A stretch of DNA of 64,000 bases from an uncultured Solirubrobacterales bacterium (GCA_963726985.1 CAVSEF010000001.1:9855-73854), one strand, 5' to 3'; counted from the stretch's first letter, positions 13,522 to 24,526 are shown. A program made the numbers and translations. Notes: generated by a model not told the origin, from the letters alone.

Positions 13522-14187
13522 CTACTCCCCGGAGGAGCCCTCAGAGGAAGCGTCATCGGCGCCACCCTCCGCGGCCTCACCGACGAGCTCCGTCTCCGAC
13601 TCGATCTCCTCCTCCGCCTCGGTCTGCAGCCGGGGCGGGGAGAGGGTCACGACGACCGTCTCGAGATCGTCCAGCAGTGCCACGCCCTCCGGCACCGTCA
13701 ACGCGGAGAGCAAAAGCGTGTCGTTGATCTGCATCTCGCCGACGTCGTGCACGATCGACTCGGGAATCGCCGTCGGCAGCGCCTCGACGTTCACCTCACG
13801 GGTGATCTGCTCGAGCACGCCGCCCTCCTTCGCGCCGGGAGCGTCGTCGGTGCCGGTCAGCTCGATCGGCACGATCGCGTGGATCGCCTGATCGAGGCGT
13901 ACCCGCAGCAGATCGATGTGGACGGTCTCGCCGCGCACCGGATCGCGCTGGGTCTCCTTCAGCACGACCGGGGTCGCTTTCCCGCCGTCGACACTCAGGT
14001 CGAGCACCGCGCCGGAGCGAGCAAGGGCCAGGCGCAGCTCGCGCGCGTCGGCGTCGAAGCTCACCGAGTCGCCGCCGCCGCCATACAGCACACCGGGCAC
14101 GCGGCCGCTGCGGCGCAGGCGTCGCACCTCGCGCGAACCGCCCGCCGCGCGGCTCGCTACATCAAGCTTTGTCGTCGTCTCAGCCAT
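13522..14187 (-). CDS. rplY: 50S ribosomal protein L25 / general stress protein Ctc
   Basis: ...GRVPGVLYGGG...VVLKETQRDPVRGETVHIDLLRV... with an acidic C-terminal tail. Confidence 0.92.
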   Translation of the reverse strand: MAETTTKLDVASRAAGGSREVRRLRRSGRVPGVLYGGGGDSVSFDADARELRLALARSGAVLDLSVDGGKATPVVLKETQRDPVRGETVHIDLLRVRLDQAIHAIVPIELTGTDDAPGAKEGGVLEQITREVNVEALPTAIPESIVHDVGEMQINDTLLLSALTVPEGVALLDDLETVVVTLSPPRLQTEAEEEIESETELVGEAAEGGADDASSEGSSGE

Positions 14188-14353
14188 AACCGGGGCGTGA
14201 CTCTATCAACGGCCGCTCGCGCCGCGATCCTTCCTCCTCTCACGCACATGCCGCCCGGCGGCCGGAAAACCCGGGAATCGGACCCCGCCCGCCCAGCCGG
14301 ATGAGAATCTACGCCCTGCTTGGCTGATGTGATCGTTTGCCACCGTCGTCGTG

Positions 14354-14758
14354 CTAGCAATCGGCTTCGTTGGGGATCGGCGCACTGATCGACACCAGCG
14401 TGACGGCGATGCCAGTCAGGAAGCTTCCCGTGCGCCGCACCTGCGCACATTGCACGACCGGCAGTTTCCCGATCACCGTCCAGGCCACCCTCGTCATCCC
14501 GGTGGCGCTTGTCAGGGTGTGGGCCGTGGGGGAGGTCAGCGTAAGGATCTTCACCGCGCCGTTCCTACGCAAGCTCGTCGCGTTCGCGTGCGTGGTCGCG
14601 ACACACGAAGGACTCTCCCGACAACCGGCCTGGTCGTCGAGCATGCCCTGCACGTTCCCGGCCGCCTGCGCCTGGAGCACGGCGTAGATGTCATCGCGTT
14701 CGACGCCCTCCGCCGACAGGAACCTCGCCAGCAGGCCGCTGATCGCGATGAACAGCAC
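14354..14758 (-). CDS. hypothetical membrane-anchored protein
   Basis: 134-aa ORF directly downstream of prs with an N-terminal hydrophobic segment. The true start may lie upstream, because the frame stays open across the prs stop. Confidence 0.4.
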   Translation of the reverse strand: MLFIAISGLLARFLSAEGVERDDIYAVLQAQAAGNVQGMLDDQAGCRESPSCVATTHANATSLRRNGAVKILTLTSPTAHTLTSATGMTRVAWTVIGKLPVVQCAQVRRTGSFLTGIAVTLVSISAPIPNEADC

Positions 14759-14787
14759 CGCCGCAACGGCGATCAGGACGATGCGTC

Positions 14788-15812
<1,025 letters not shown>

Positions 15813-15816
<4 letters not shown>

Positions 15817-17273
15817 CTCCGCTCGGAGTCTAGAGCTTCGTCCTCGTGCGGTCGAGACTCGCGGGCCCCTTGCGCCCCGTCCCCGCGCACCGGCGACTCG
15901 CCCCCACGCCCTGGCGCACTGTCCTTGCGCCCCTGGGCCTCAACCTTGCGCCGCTGGGCGTAGCCGTCTTTGTTGCTCTGCCGCGCGCGCGCCATGCCCA
16001 GCGCGCCGGGCGGAACGTCCTCGGCGATCACCGACCCAGCGCCCGTGTATGCCTCGTCGCCGACGGTGACCGGCGCGACGAACGACACGTGCACGCTCGA
16101 GCGCACTCGCTCGCCGATCGTCGTGCGGTGCTTGTTCTGACCGTCGTAGTTGGCGGTGATCGTGCTCGCGCCGAGGTTTGTTCCCGCGCCCACGTCCGCA
16201 TCGCCGATGTAGGACAGGTGCGGGACCTTCGCGCCGGGTCCGATGTCGGAGTTCTTGATCTCCACGAACGTCCCCGCCTTCGCTCCCTCCCGCAGAACCG
16301 CGCCCGGGCGCAGGTAGGCAAACGGCCCGACGCTCACGCCGTCCTCCAGCTGGGCATCGATCAGGTAGGAGTGCTTCACCGTGCAGCCCTCGCCGATCGA
16401 CGTCTTGCCCTTGAGCGTGCTGAACGGCTCGATCACGGTGTCCCGGCCGATCTGCACCTCGACATCGATCACCGTTGTGGCGGGGTCGACGATCGACACT
16501 CCGGCGCGCATGTGCCGCTCGTTGATCGCGCGCTGGGCGAGCATGCGCACGTGCGCAAGCGCCACCCGATCGTTGACCCCGAGCACGAGGCTCTCGTCCG
16601 CGAGCATGTGCGCCGCGACCGCTTGACCGTCGGCGCGCAAGAGATCGAGCACCTGCGGCAGATACAGCTCGCCCTGGGCGTTATCGGCGCTCAGGCGCGG
16701 CAGCGCGCCCTGCAGCGCGGCCGCGTCGAAGGCGAATATGCCGGTGTTGACCTCTTTGATCTCGAGCTCCTCGGCGCTCGCGTCGCCGTCCGCCTTGGTC
16801 TCCACCACGCGCTCTACCGCGCCGTCGGCCCCGCGCACGACCCGCCCGTAGCCGGTGGGATCGTCGAGCACCGTCGTCACCATCGTGGCCGGCGCGCCGC
16901 CCTGCGCGTGCACCTCGGCCAGGCCGCGGATCGCCGCCACGCTGACGAGCGGCACGTCGCCGCTGAGCACGACCACAATCGCCCCGTCGTCGAGCCCCGA
17001 GCCCAGCTGCGCAAGAGCCGCGGTGACCGCGCCGCCGGTGCCGTTCGAGCTCGGCTGCACCGCCAGCTCGACGCCGTCGGGCAGTACCTCCGCGAGCGCG
17101 CGCTGGGGCGAGTCGACGACCACGACCCGCGCCGCCCCCGCCTCCAGGGCGGCGCGCACCGGCCACAGCACCATCGGCCGGCCGCACAGCTCGTGCAGCA
17201 CCTTCGGCGTCTCTGAGCGCATGCGCGTCCCCTGGCCCGCGGCGAGGACTAGGACGGTCGGCGCCGGAGTCAC
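15813..17273 (-). CDS. glmU: bifunctional UDP-N-acetylglucosamine pyrophosphorylase / glucosamine-1-phosphate N-acetyltransferase
   Basis: LVLAAGQGTRMRS... is followed by left-handed beta-helix hexapeptide repeats. I preferred the GTG at 17273 because the longer ORF start (17357) leaves too little room before the tRNA. There is an ATGA overlap with prs. Confidence 0.93.
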
Positions 17274-17403
17274 CCCGAGGATGCTAGCTCGATTCACCGC
17301 CGAACAGAGACTGGGGAGCAGGGAATCGAGAGCGTGGGGGGAGCAGGCTCCCCCCACGAACCCCCTACCTGGGACACCGACACAACTGGGACCAACACGA
17401 CGA

Positions 17404-17474
17404 CTGGGGAGCAGGGATTCGAACCCCGATTCTCAGGACCAAAACCTGATGTCCTGCCCTTGGACGACTCCCCA
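17404..17474 (-). tRNA. tRNA-Gln (anticodon TTG)
   Basis: A hand-folded cloverleaf fits: acceptor TGGGGAG/CTCCCCA, D-arm GTCC..GGAC, anticodon stem TCAGG/CCTGA with loop TTTTGGT, and T-arm CGGGG TTCGAAT CCCTG. No CCA is encoded. Confidence 0.85.
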
Positions 17475-17632
17475 TCTGGCTGCCATATCCTCGCACGCGC
17501 CCCGGCCACCGAGCGTCCCGACCGACCCGTGGCCGAGATGAGTGGGCTTCCAGGACATTAATTCTCGGAAGGAGCGGGAATTTACAGCGACGTGATGCCT
17601 CGATCTCCTGCTTCTGCAAGCATGCCTGCACT

Positions 17633-18316
17633 TTGTTCTGGGGAGAGCGGACATCGGGGAGGAATGCCTGCCGCGTACCCGCTGCCGGGCTGTCGGCGCT
17701 CGTCCCCAGGCTGTCAGCGCTCGTCCCCAGGCTGTCGGCGCTCGTCCCCAGGCTGTCGGTGCTCGTCGCGGCGTCGCTGATCCTCGCCGGCTTGCCGTCG
17801 GGCACCGCGAGCGCGCTGAGCGCCACCGCGAAGGCGAAACCCCATTCCTGCGCCGACGCGAGCCTCGTGCCGAACAACACCAACATGGCGGCGATCGACG
17901 CGTCGACCCTCTGCCTGATCGACCAGATCCGGGCCACCTACCGCCTGCAACCGCTGCGGTCCAACCGCGAACTGCAGAGCGTGGCCACCACGCAGGTCAG
18001 CGACATGGTGCATTGGAATTACTTCGCCGACAACCGTCCACCCGGCGAGACGCCGGCGACGCTGATCGAAGCGACGCGCTACGGAGCCCACGCGACCAGC
18101 CTCGCCACCGGGCAGAACATCGCCTGGGGCACGGGCGCCTACGCAACCCCGGCGCATGTCGTCAGCGAATGGATGGCCTCCCCGCCACACCGCGAAATCA
18201 TCCTCACCGCTTACTACCGCGATGCCGGTGTCAGCGCCACCGCCGCCGTGCCGTCCGTCGTCGAAAACGGGGCGGCGGGTGCAACCTATGCCGTCGAGTT
18301 CGGCGCGCGGGGCTAG
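17633..18316 (+). CDS. CAP/SCP (cysteine-rich secretory protein family) domain exported protein
   Basis: The C-terminal 150 aa (...LRSNRELQSVATTQVSDMVHWNYF...GQNIAWG...VVSEWMASPPHREIIL...) fits the CAP fold. The N-terminus carries a 7-aa repeat inside a signal-peptide-like region. The start (TTG 17633) is uncertain. Confidence 0.78.
   Translation: MFWGERTSGRNACRVPAAGLSALVPRLSALVPRLSALVPRLSVLVAASLILAGLPSGTASALSATAKAKPHSCADASLVPNNTNMAAIDASTLCLIDQIRATYRLQPLRSNRELQSVATTQVSDMVHWNYFADNRPPGETPATLIEATRYGAHATSLATGQNIAWGTGAYATPAHVVSEWMASPPHREIILTAYYRDAGVSATAAVPSVVENGAAGATYAVEFGARG
17689..17767 (+). repeat. 21-bp tandem repeat, 3.8 copies (GCTGTCGGCGCTCGTCCCCAG)
   Basis: Three near-identical units plus a partial one. 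In the CAP-gene frame they read LSALVPR x3 then LSVLV. Confidence 0.9.
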
Positions 18317-19542
18317 CTACGCCGGCCGGATCCGCGCGGGACACGGCCGCCCTCCGCGCCGGCCTCCAGCGCGGGCCCGCCCGCCGATGAGATGCCGAGC
18401 ACGCGCATCGACTTCAATCCGAGGCTGAGCTTCTCGCGCCCGTCGCTGGAGCTGACGTCCAGCCCCGAGAGGTCGCGCACGCGCTCCAGGCGGTAGTAGA
18501 TCGTGTGGCGGTGCGTGAACAGCCGCTGGGCGGTCCCCGCGACGTTGCCATCGGCCTCGAGGAACGTCTCGAGCGTGCGCATCAGGTCGGTCTCGTACTG
18601 CTCGTCGTAGGCGACCAGCGGCTCGACCGTCTCGGCGTAGAAGCGCTGCAGCTCGGCGGGGTTCTCGCTCATCGCGCTGAGCAGCAGCCGGTAGGCGCCG
18701 GTCTGCTCGAAGGCGAGCGCCGGGCCGTCCGAGCCACCCTGGGCGACGTTTGCCGCGAGCAGCGCCTCGCTGACCGCGCGTGGCAAGTCGGCGGGATCCT
18801 CGGCGATCCGACTGCGACCGATCGCGAACGTATAGCCGGCGAGCGCAGCCTCCATCTCACGCAGGACCGCCTCGGCCGCGCGCGCGGCCAGCGCCTCCTC
18901 GCCACCCGGCACGAGCAGCAGGACCTCGGCGCCGACCGTCCCGTCGCGCTCGGACAGGGCGGCGATCGAACGACTGACCACGGCCCGCGCGCCACGCTCG
19001 GCGACCGCGCGCACGCGCGCGCGCCAGCCCTCGTCGGTCGGCGCCTGGGGGAGGGCACGGGCGACGATCACGCTGGCGCCGTCCTCGACCTCCAGCGATA
19101 GCCCGCGTGCCTGGGCGATCAGCTCCTCGCGATCGGTCAGCTCGCGGCGCAACAGCGCGCCCAGGAAGTCCGCCGCGGCCGTCTCGGAGAGCCGCTCGGG
19201 CGCGCGCACGCGCTCGACCTCCGAGGCGATCATCGTCACGAGCAGCCTGCGCATCGACGCGCTGGGCTCGGTTTTCGCGCGCATGTACAGCGTTCCCACG
19301 ACCGCGTCGGCTACGCGCAGGGGGATGCTGATCACGCCCTCCCCCTGGGAGAGCAGCGCGCGCTCCTCCGCCGGCGAGCGGGCCGCGACCGCGAGCGTCG
19401 CCCCCATCGCGTCCGCCACGGCGAGGCTCGCCTCCAGCGCTTTGCCCGCCGCGCGCACCACTTCCGGCAGACCGGCCCCGGATTCGACCGCTTCGGTGAT
19501 CGCGTCGAGTGCCGCCAGATCTGAGCTTGGGCTCTCGGGCAT
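18313..19542 (-). CDS. PucR/CdaR-family transcriptional regulator
   Basis: It has a C-terminal PucR-type HTH (GNVAGTAQRLFTHRHTIYYRLERVRDLSGLD) and a GAF-like N-terminal part. Confidence 0.85.
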   Translation of the reverse strand: MPESPSSDLAALDAITEAVESGAGLPEVVRAAGKALEASLAVADAMGATLAVAARSPAEERALLSQGEGVISIPLRVADAVVGTLYMRAKTEPSASMRRLLVTMIASEVERVRAPERLSETAAADFLGALLRRELTDREELIAQARGLSLEVEDGASVIVARALPQAPTDEGWRARVRAVAERGARAVVSRSIAALSERDGTVGAEVLLLVPGGEEALAARAAEAVLREMEAALAGYTFAIGRSRIAEDPADLPRAVSEALLAANVAQGGSDGPALAFEQTGAYRLLLSAMSENPAELQRFYAETVEPLVAYDEQYETDLMRTLETFLEADGNVAGTAQRLFTHRHTIYYRLERVRDLSGLDVSSSDGREKLSLGLKSMRVLGISSAGGPALEAGAEGGRVPRGSGRRS

Positions 19543-19600
19543 CGCTCAGCTCCCTAAGTTCTCGGACATCGCGTCGGCCCCTGGGCGCCCGGACATCGCG

Positions 19601-19813
19601 TCAGCCCCAGTAGTAGACGGCGGCGAGCGCCCCGGCCACGCCGATGCCGACGAACACCGCGAGCACATACAACGACAGGATGCTCGCGGCCACCCGCTCC
19701 CACAGGCGCGAGTAGGAAGTCCACGCCGGCGCAAGGATCAGACCGACGTACAGCGCCAGCCCGAAGACCCCGGCACAGACGGCCACGAGATCGTTGATGG
19801 TTGTCCGGTTCAT
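19601..19813 (-). CDS. small two-TM membrane protein (hypothetical)
   Basis: MNRTTINDLVAVCAGVFGLALYVGLILAPAW...LSLYVLAVFVGIGVAGALAAVYYWG. The start is an in-frame ATG and the product is 70 aa. Confidence 0.5.
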   Translation of the reverse strand: MNRTTINDLVAVCAGVFGLALYVGLILAPAWTSYSRLWERVAASILSLYVLAVFVGIGVAGALAAVYYWG

Positions 19814-19830
19814 CCCGGCGTCATTGTGCC

Positions 19831-20832
19831 TCAAGCAGAGGTCACACGTGCGAAGTCGGCATCGACCGGTGTCGCGCAGATCGGCTCGGGCGCTCGACCG
19901 GCGAGCCCGGCGGCGGCCCGTTCGGCGCGTCCCAGTCCGTTGGCGTGGGGGAACAGGCCCACGACCGTGGGACCCGAGCCGCTGAGGATTGCGATGTCCG
20001 CTCCCACCTCGCGCAGTTCGTCGAGCGCAAGCGCGATCTCCGGACGCAGTGAGATCGCCGCGCGCTGCAGATCGTTCTCCAGCAGCTCGCGCTTCGCCGG
20101 CACCGGCGCGCTCAGCTCGAGCGCCCGGCGCAGGGCTTCGCGACACTCCTCGAGGGCCTCCCCAGAGCGTCCCAGGTTCAGGCGATCGGCCTCCCTGTAC
20201 ACCTCGGCGGTCGACAACCCGGCCGTCGCGGGCAGCACGAGCAGGCCGAACGACGCCGGGTTGGGGTCCGCCAGGCCCTCCAGGCGCTCACCGGCGCCGC
20301 CGGCAAGCCAGCGCCCGGGGGCGATCTGCGCGGGCACGTCCGCGCCCAGCGCGACGGCGATTTGCTGGAGCAACCGATCGTCGCCGAGACCCGAAGCGTG
20401 CCTGGCCAGCCGCAGCGCCGCGGCCGCGTCCGCCGAGCCTCCTCCGAGACCGGCGGCGACGGAGATCCGCTTGAGGATCGACAGCCGCAGCGGCGGGGCA
20501 TCCCAGCCGGTGGCCGTGCGAAAGGCCCTCAACGCCAACGCGGCCAGGTTCTCCGCGGGAGAGCCGGCGACCCCGGGACAGACGACCTCGTCGTGTCCTA
20601 CCCCAGCGGGCGCCCATTCCAGGGTGAGCTCGTCGGCCAGCGAGACCGATTGCATGACCGTCACCAGCTCGTGCCTTCCGTCCGCGGCTCGCGTCGGTCC
20701 GAGGAACAGGCCGAGGTTGACCTTCGCCGGGGCAAGCGCCCGCGCGGGGAGGCTCCCTGCCTCGGCGCCCCGCGCGTGCGCGTGCGCGATCCCCGGCGCG
20801 ATTCCCGGGTCGGAGGAGGCGTCGTGGCTCAT
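19831..20832 (-). CDS. ispE: 4-diphosphocytidyl-2-C-methyl-D-erythritol kinase
   Basis: APAKVNLGL...KRISVAAGLGGGSADAAAAL...SGSGPTVVGLF (GHMP kinase motifs). There is an ATGA overlap with rsmA. Confidence 0.9.
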   Translation of the reverse strand: MSHDASSDPGIAPGIAHAHARGAEAGSLPARALAPAKVNLGLFLGPTRAADGRHELVTVMQSVSLADELTLEWAPAGVGHDEVVCPGVAGSPAENLAALALRAFRTATGWDAPPLRLSILKRISVAAGLGGGSADAAAALRLARHASGLGDDRLLQQIAVALGADVPAQIAPGRWLAGGAGERLEGLADPNPASFGLLVLPATAGLSTAEVYREADRLNLGRSGEALEECREALRRALELSAPVPAKRELLENDLQRAAISLRPEIALALDELREVGADIAILSGSGPTVVGLFPHANGLGRAERAAAGLAGRAPEPICATPVDADFARVTSA

Positions 20833-21776
20833 AGCTCGAGTGCCTTCGCGAGCGCCCGAAAATCCTCAGGTGAGAGGCGCTCGGCCCGCACGTCCCCGGG
20901 GTGGCCGAGTTGTTCCAGCGCGTGGCGCACCTCCTCGCGGCAGTTGGATGGGCGGGATCCCGATCCGCCCGACAGCGCGAGCGAGCCAACCAGGGTCTTG
21001 CGCCGGTGGGCGAACGCTCCATTGACCAATCCCCGCAGGGCTCTAGTGGCCGCCTGTTCACGTCTACGCATTCCCACCAGCACCGAGTCGACGTTCGGCA
21101 CCGGATGGAACACCGTGCGCGGGATCTGCCTCAGCACCTGCACCTCGCACGCGAGTTGAGCGATCACCGACGGCACACCATAGGAGCCACTCCCCGGCTT
21201 GGCGGCCAGCCGTTCACCGACCTCGCGCTGGGCCATCGCCACCCAGCTGTCCACGCTCGGCAGCTCCTCGATCGTGCGCAGCAACGCGCCGGCCGCGACC
21301 CCGTAGGGGAGGTTCGCGACGACCTTCGTCGGCTTCGGTGAAAGCCCCGCCAGATCGATCGTCATTACATCCCCCCAGTGCACGCTCACGTTCTCCAGTC
21401 GCCCGACCGCGTCGTTCAGCGCATCCTCCAAGCGTCTGTCCAGCTCGATCACATGCACGTGTTCGACGCGCTCGGCCAGGTACTCCGACAGCACGCCCAG
21501 GCCACCGCCGATCTCCAACACGACGTCCTCTCTGTCGAGCTCCGCCGCGCGACCGATCACGCCGAGGATGTTCGAGTCGATCAAGAAGTTCTGGCCCAGC
21601 TCGCGATCGGGGCGAACACCGAACTGCTTCAGCCGTCGCAAGCTCGGCTGGACCGGCGCCGCGGGTGTATCGACCGGCGGTGCGCCATCTCGCTCTACTG
21701 CCCGGCCCTCGCCCGGCCGCCGCGGAGCGTCATTGCCTACGCCCGATCGCGGAACGGCCCCCAAGAGCTCATTCAC
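20829..21776 (-). CDS. rsmA: 16S rRNA (adenine1518/1519-N6)-dimethyltransferase
   Basis: LGQNFLIDSNILGVI...VLEIGGGLGVLSEYL...NLPYGVAAG. I chose the GTG at 21776, which overlaps the tatD stop (GTGA). The longer ORF start would run through tatD. Confidence 0.88.
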   Translation of the reverse strand: MNELLGAVPRSGVGNDAPRRPGEGRAVERDGAPPVDTPAAPVQPSLRRLKQFGVRPDRELGQNFLIDSNILGVIGRAAELDREDVVLEIGGGLGVLSEYLAERVEHVHVIELDRRLEDALNDAVGRLENVSVHWGDVMTIDLAGLSPKPTKVVANLPYGVAAGALLRTIEELPSVDSWVAMAQREVGERLAAKPGSGSYGVPSVIAQLACEVQVLRQIPRTVFHPVPNVDSVLVGMRRREQAATRALRGLVNGAFAHRRKTLVGSLALSGGSGSRPSNCREEVRHALEQLGHPGDVRAERLSPEDFRALAKALEL

Positions 21777-22522
21777 CAACCAAACACCCCGGCCGCGTTT
21801 CGCTCCACCGTCGCGCCGAGCTCCTCCACGGAGACCCCCCGGAGTTCCGCGAGAAAGCCCACGGTGTGCGCTACGAAAGCCGGCTGGTTGCGTTCCTTGC
21901 GCACCATCTGCGGAGTCAGATACGGGGCATCGGTCTCCACCAGCAGATGGTCCTCCGGGACCCGCCGCGCCGCCTCGGCGAGATCGCCGGCGTTCTTGTA
22001 CGTGACATTGCCGGCGAACGAGATCGCATAGCCCCTCGCCAAGCACTCGTCCAGGCGCGCGGGCATCGAGAAGCAGTGGATCACCACGCTGCACCCCTCG
22101 GCTTCCCTCTCGAGCTGGGCGAGCGTCGCGTCGTCGGCCGCGCGCGTGTGGATCACCAGCGGCTTGCCCGTCTCGCGCGCGAGCGCGATCTGCGCGGCGA
22201 ACGCGCGCTCCTGGTCGGCCGGCGGCGCGGTCTCGCGGTAGAAGTCCAGGCCCGTCTCGCCGATCGCCACGCAGCGCTCGTGCGCAGCCAGCGCGCGCAG
22301 TTCGGCGAGATCGGCGTCGTCGAAGCCCCGCGCCTCGTTCGGATGCCAGCCGACGGCCGCATACACATGGGGGAACGCCTCGGCAGCGCCAAGCGCCGCG
22401 CGCGAGGACGCGCCGTCGGTGCCCACCGTCAGCATCCGTGTCACGCCGACCGCTTCCGCGCTCGCCACCAGCTCCGCGTCAGGCGGCTCGCAGAGGTGCA
22501 GATGGGTGTGCGAATCGATCAT
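21773..22522 (-). CDS. TatD-family metal-dependent hydrolase/DNase
   Basis: MIDSHTHLHL...IGETGLDFYR...VIHTR...HCFS...FAGNVTY...ETDAPYLTP. Confidence 0.9.
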   Translation of the reverse strand: MIDSHTHLHLCEPPDAELVASAEAVGVTRMLTVGTDGASSRAALGAAEAFPHVYAAVGWHPNEARGFDDADLAELRALAAHERCVAIGETGLDFYRETAPPADQERAFAAQIALARETGKPLVIHTRAADDATLAQLEREAEGCSVVIHCFSMPARLDECLARGYAISFAGNVTYKNAGDLAEAARRVPEDHLLVETDAPYLTPQMVRKERNQPAFVAHTVGFLAELRGVSVEELGATVERNAAGVFGW

Positions 22523-22530
22523 CGACGCGC

Positions 22531-24090
22531 TCACAAATCCTTGGGAAAGAGCGACTCGATCTTGCTCACCCGTTCGATCTTCCCGGCCCCCAGCGTCGCA
22601 CCCGCCAGCGACAAATCGAGAGCCCCCCCACCCGCACCGAGCGCGGCGAGCAGCCGCTCGGAGCTCGCCGGCAGATACGGCCAGAGCAGCACCGCCACCA
22701 CGCGCAGTCCCTCGGCGAGCGTGCCGAGCACGCGGTCCAGGTCGCCGGCGCGTGACTCGTCCTTGGCCAGCTGCCATGGCGCCTGCTCCTCGACGTAGCG
22801 GTTCAAGCGACGCACCCGCTCCCAGATCTCCTCGAGCGCGAGCGTCAGCTCGGCGTTGCCGATCAGCGCTTCGACGCGGGCGGACAGGCCATCGAAGTCA
22901 CCGATCAGCACCGGGTCCGGCTCGCCCGCGAGCACAGCGCCGTCGCGGTAGCGGACGATCATCGCGAGCGTGCGACTGGCGAGGTTGCCGAGGTCGTTCG
23001 CCAGCTCGCTCGCATAGCGCTGCTCGAAGGCGGCCGTCGAGACCGAGCCGTCCTGGCCGAAGGGCACGTCGCGCAGCAGGTAGAAGCGCAGCGCGTCGGC
23101 GCCGAAGCGCTCGATCACCGCGAACGGGTCGAGCACGTTGCCGAGCGACTTCGACATCTTCTCGCCGTCCATCAGCAGATAGCCGTGCACGAAGATCCGC
23201 TCAGGTAACTCCAGCTCTGCCGCCATCAGCAGCGCCGGCCAGTAGATCGCGTGGAAGCGCAGGATGTCCTTTGCGATCACGTGGTAGCTGGCCGGCCAGA
23301 ACTGCGCCGTGAGATCCTCGTCCGCCGCATCGGAGCCCGGCCGCTCGTTCGCGATCGGATTCGCCGCCGGCGCGGGCGCGTAGGACAGCGCGGAGTAGTA
23401 GTTCAGCAATGCGTCGAACCACACGTAGAACACGTGCTCCTCATCCCACGGCACGGGCACGCCCCAGGTCAGCTTGTGCCGCGAGAGCGGCACGTCGCGC
23501 AACCCCGAGCGCAGGAACGAGAGCGCCTCGTTGTAGCGCGTGCGCGGCGCGACGAAGTCCTCGCGCTCGGCGTACAGCCGCTCCAACCGCTCCTGGAAGG
23601 CGGACAGGCGGAAGAAGTAGTTCTCCTCCTGCTCGCGCGTCAGCTCGATGTGGTGGATCGGACAGCGGTTGCCCTCGTCGACTTCGTTCTCGGCCTTGAA
23701 GTCCGCACAGCGCGGGCAATACCAACCCTCGTAGGTGCCCTCGTACACGAACCCGTTCTCACGCACACGCGTGAGCACCTCTTGGACCTTCGCCATGTGC
23801 TGGGGATCGGTCGTGCGGATGAAGAAGTCGTTCGCCGCGCCGAGCTGCGGCACGAGCGCCTTGAAGCGCTCGGCGTTCTTGTCGGCCAGCTGCAGCGGCT
23901 CGATCCCCAGCGCGTGCGCCGCGTCGGCGACCGGCTCGCCGTGCTCGTCGGTGCCCGTCAGGAAGAACACGTCCTCGCCACGCTGGCGATGATGGCGCGC
24001 GAGCGCGTCGACGGCGATCGTCGTATACGCGTGACCCAGATGGGGCGCCGCGTTGACGTAGTAGATCGGGGTGGTCACATAAAAGGACAC
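22531..24090 (-). CDS. metG: methionine--tRNA ligase
   Basis: [24 protein letters not shown] (HIGH-type motif) ...KMSKSLGNV (KMSKS). The start is GTG 24090, in frame (1560 nt). Confidence 0.95.
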   Translation of the reverse strand: MSFYVTTPIYYVNAAPHLGHAYTTIAVDALARHHRQRGEDVFFLTGTDEHGEPVADAAHALGIEPLQLADKNAERFKALVPQLGAANDFFIRTTDPQHMAKVQEVLTRVRENGFVYEGTYEGWYCPRCADFKAENEVDEGNRCPIHHIELTREQEENYFFRLSAFQERLERLYAEREDFVAPRTRYNEALSFLRSGLRDVPLSRHKLTWGVPVPWDEEHVFYVWFDALLNYYSALSYAPAPAANPIANERPGSDAADEDLTAQFWPASYHVIAKDILRFHAIYWPALLMAAELELPERIFVHGYLLMDGEKMSKSLGNVLDPFAVIERFGADALRFYLLRDVPFGQDGSVSTAAFEQRYASELANDLGNLASRTLAMIVRYRDGAVLAGEPDPVLIGDFDGLSARVEALIGNAELTLALEEIWERVRRLNRYVEEQAPWQLAKDESRAGDLDRVLGTLAEGLRVVAVLLWPYLPASSERLLAALGAGGGALDLSLAGATLGAGKIERVSKIESLFPKDL

Positions 24091-24205
24091 TGTCCGCCCC
24101 AGGCTACTGACGCACTGCGATCGGAGGGTTCGATCCAGGCTCGATGCGAGCTCCGGCAGCGAGATCAGCGCTTGACTCACGCGAGCGAGGAAGTAGGCTT
24201 CGCGC

Positions 24206-24403
24206 ATGACCCAGAGCGACCGCCTGATCCACGAGCAGGACCGCTGCAAGGTCTGCGGCGGAGCGGGCTGGACGTGGTGGACCAAGGACGTCCCACCACC
24301 GGACACAGGCAAGTGGGTCGTCTGCCGCGAGTGCATCGGCACGGGGCGCACCGATCACAAGGGTCGCAAGCGCCAGAAGCCGGCCGAGGCGCCGGCTGCT
24401 TAG
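24206..24403 (+). CDS. small zinc-finger protein with two CxxCxGxG motifs (hypothetical)
   Basis: 65 aa containing CKVCGGAG and CRECIGTG (DnaJ-type Cys-rich repeats). It has an ATG start and lies in the otherwise empty metG-rsmI gap. Confidence 0.45.
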   Translation: MTQSDRLIHEQDRCKVCGGAGWTWWTKDVPPPDTGKWVVCRECIGTGRTDHKGRKRQKPAEAPAA

Positions 24404-24526
24404 AACCGCTCGCTTCGCCGCGCCGCTTAGAACCGCTCGCGCGTCGGCCGGCCGCGCTCAGAACCGTTTGGTCGCCTCGCCTCCCGGATCGGCCTCGTCC
24501 ATCGGGCGCCTGCGCTCGGCGCACGC

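Noticed and set aside
17365-17937. 190-aa minus-strand ORF reading the 21-bp repeat as SADSLGT x3
   Set aside because: It would overlap tRNA-Gln and the 5' part of the CAP-domain gene. The plus-strand reading gives a signal peptide joined to a recognisable CAP domain.
19283-21025. 580-aa plus-strand ORF across ispE, the small membrane gene and the PucR start
   Set aside because: It has a Ser/Arg/Pro/Ala-rich shadow composition. The opposite strand encodes ispE with GHMP kinase motifs.
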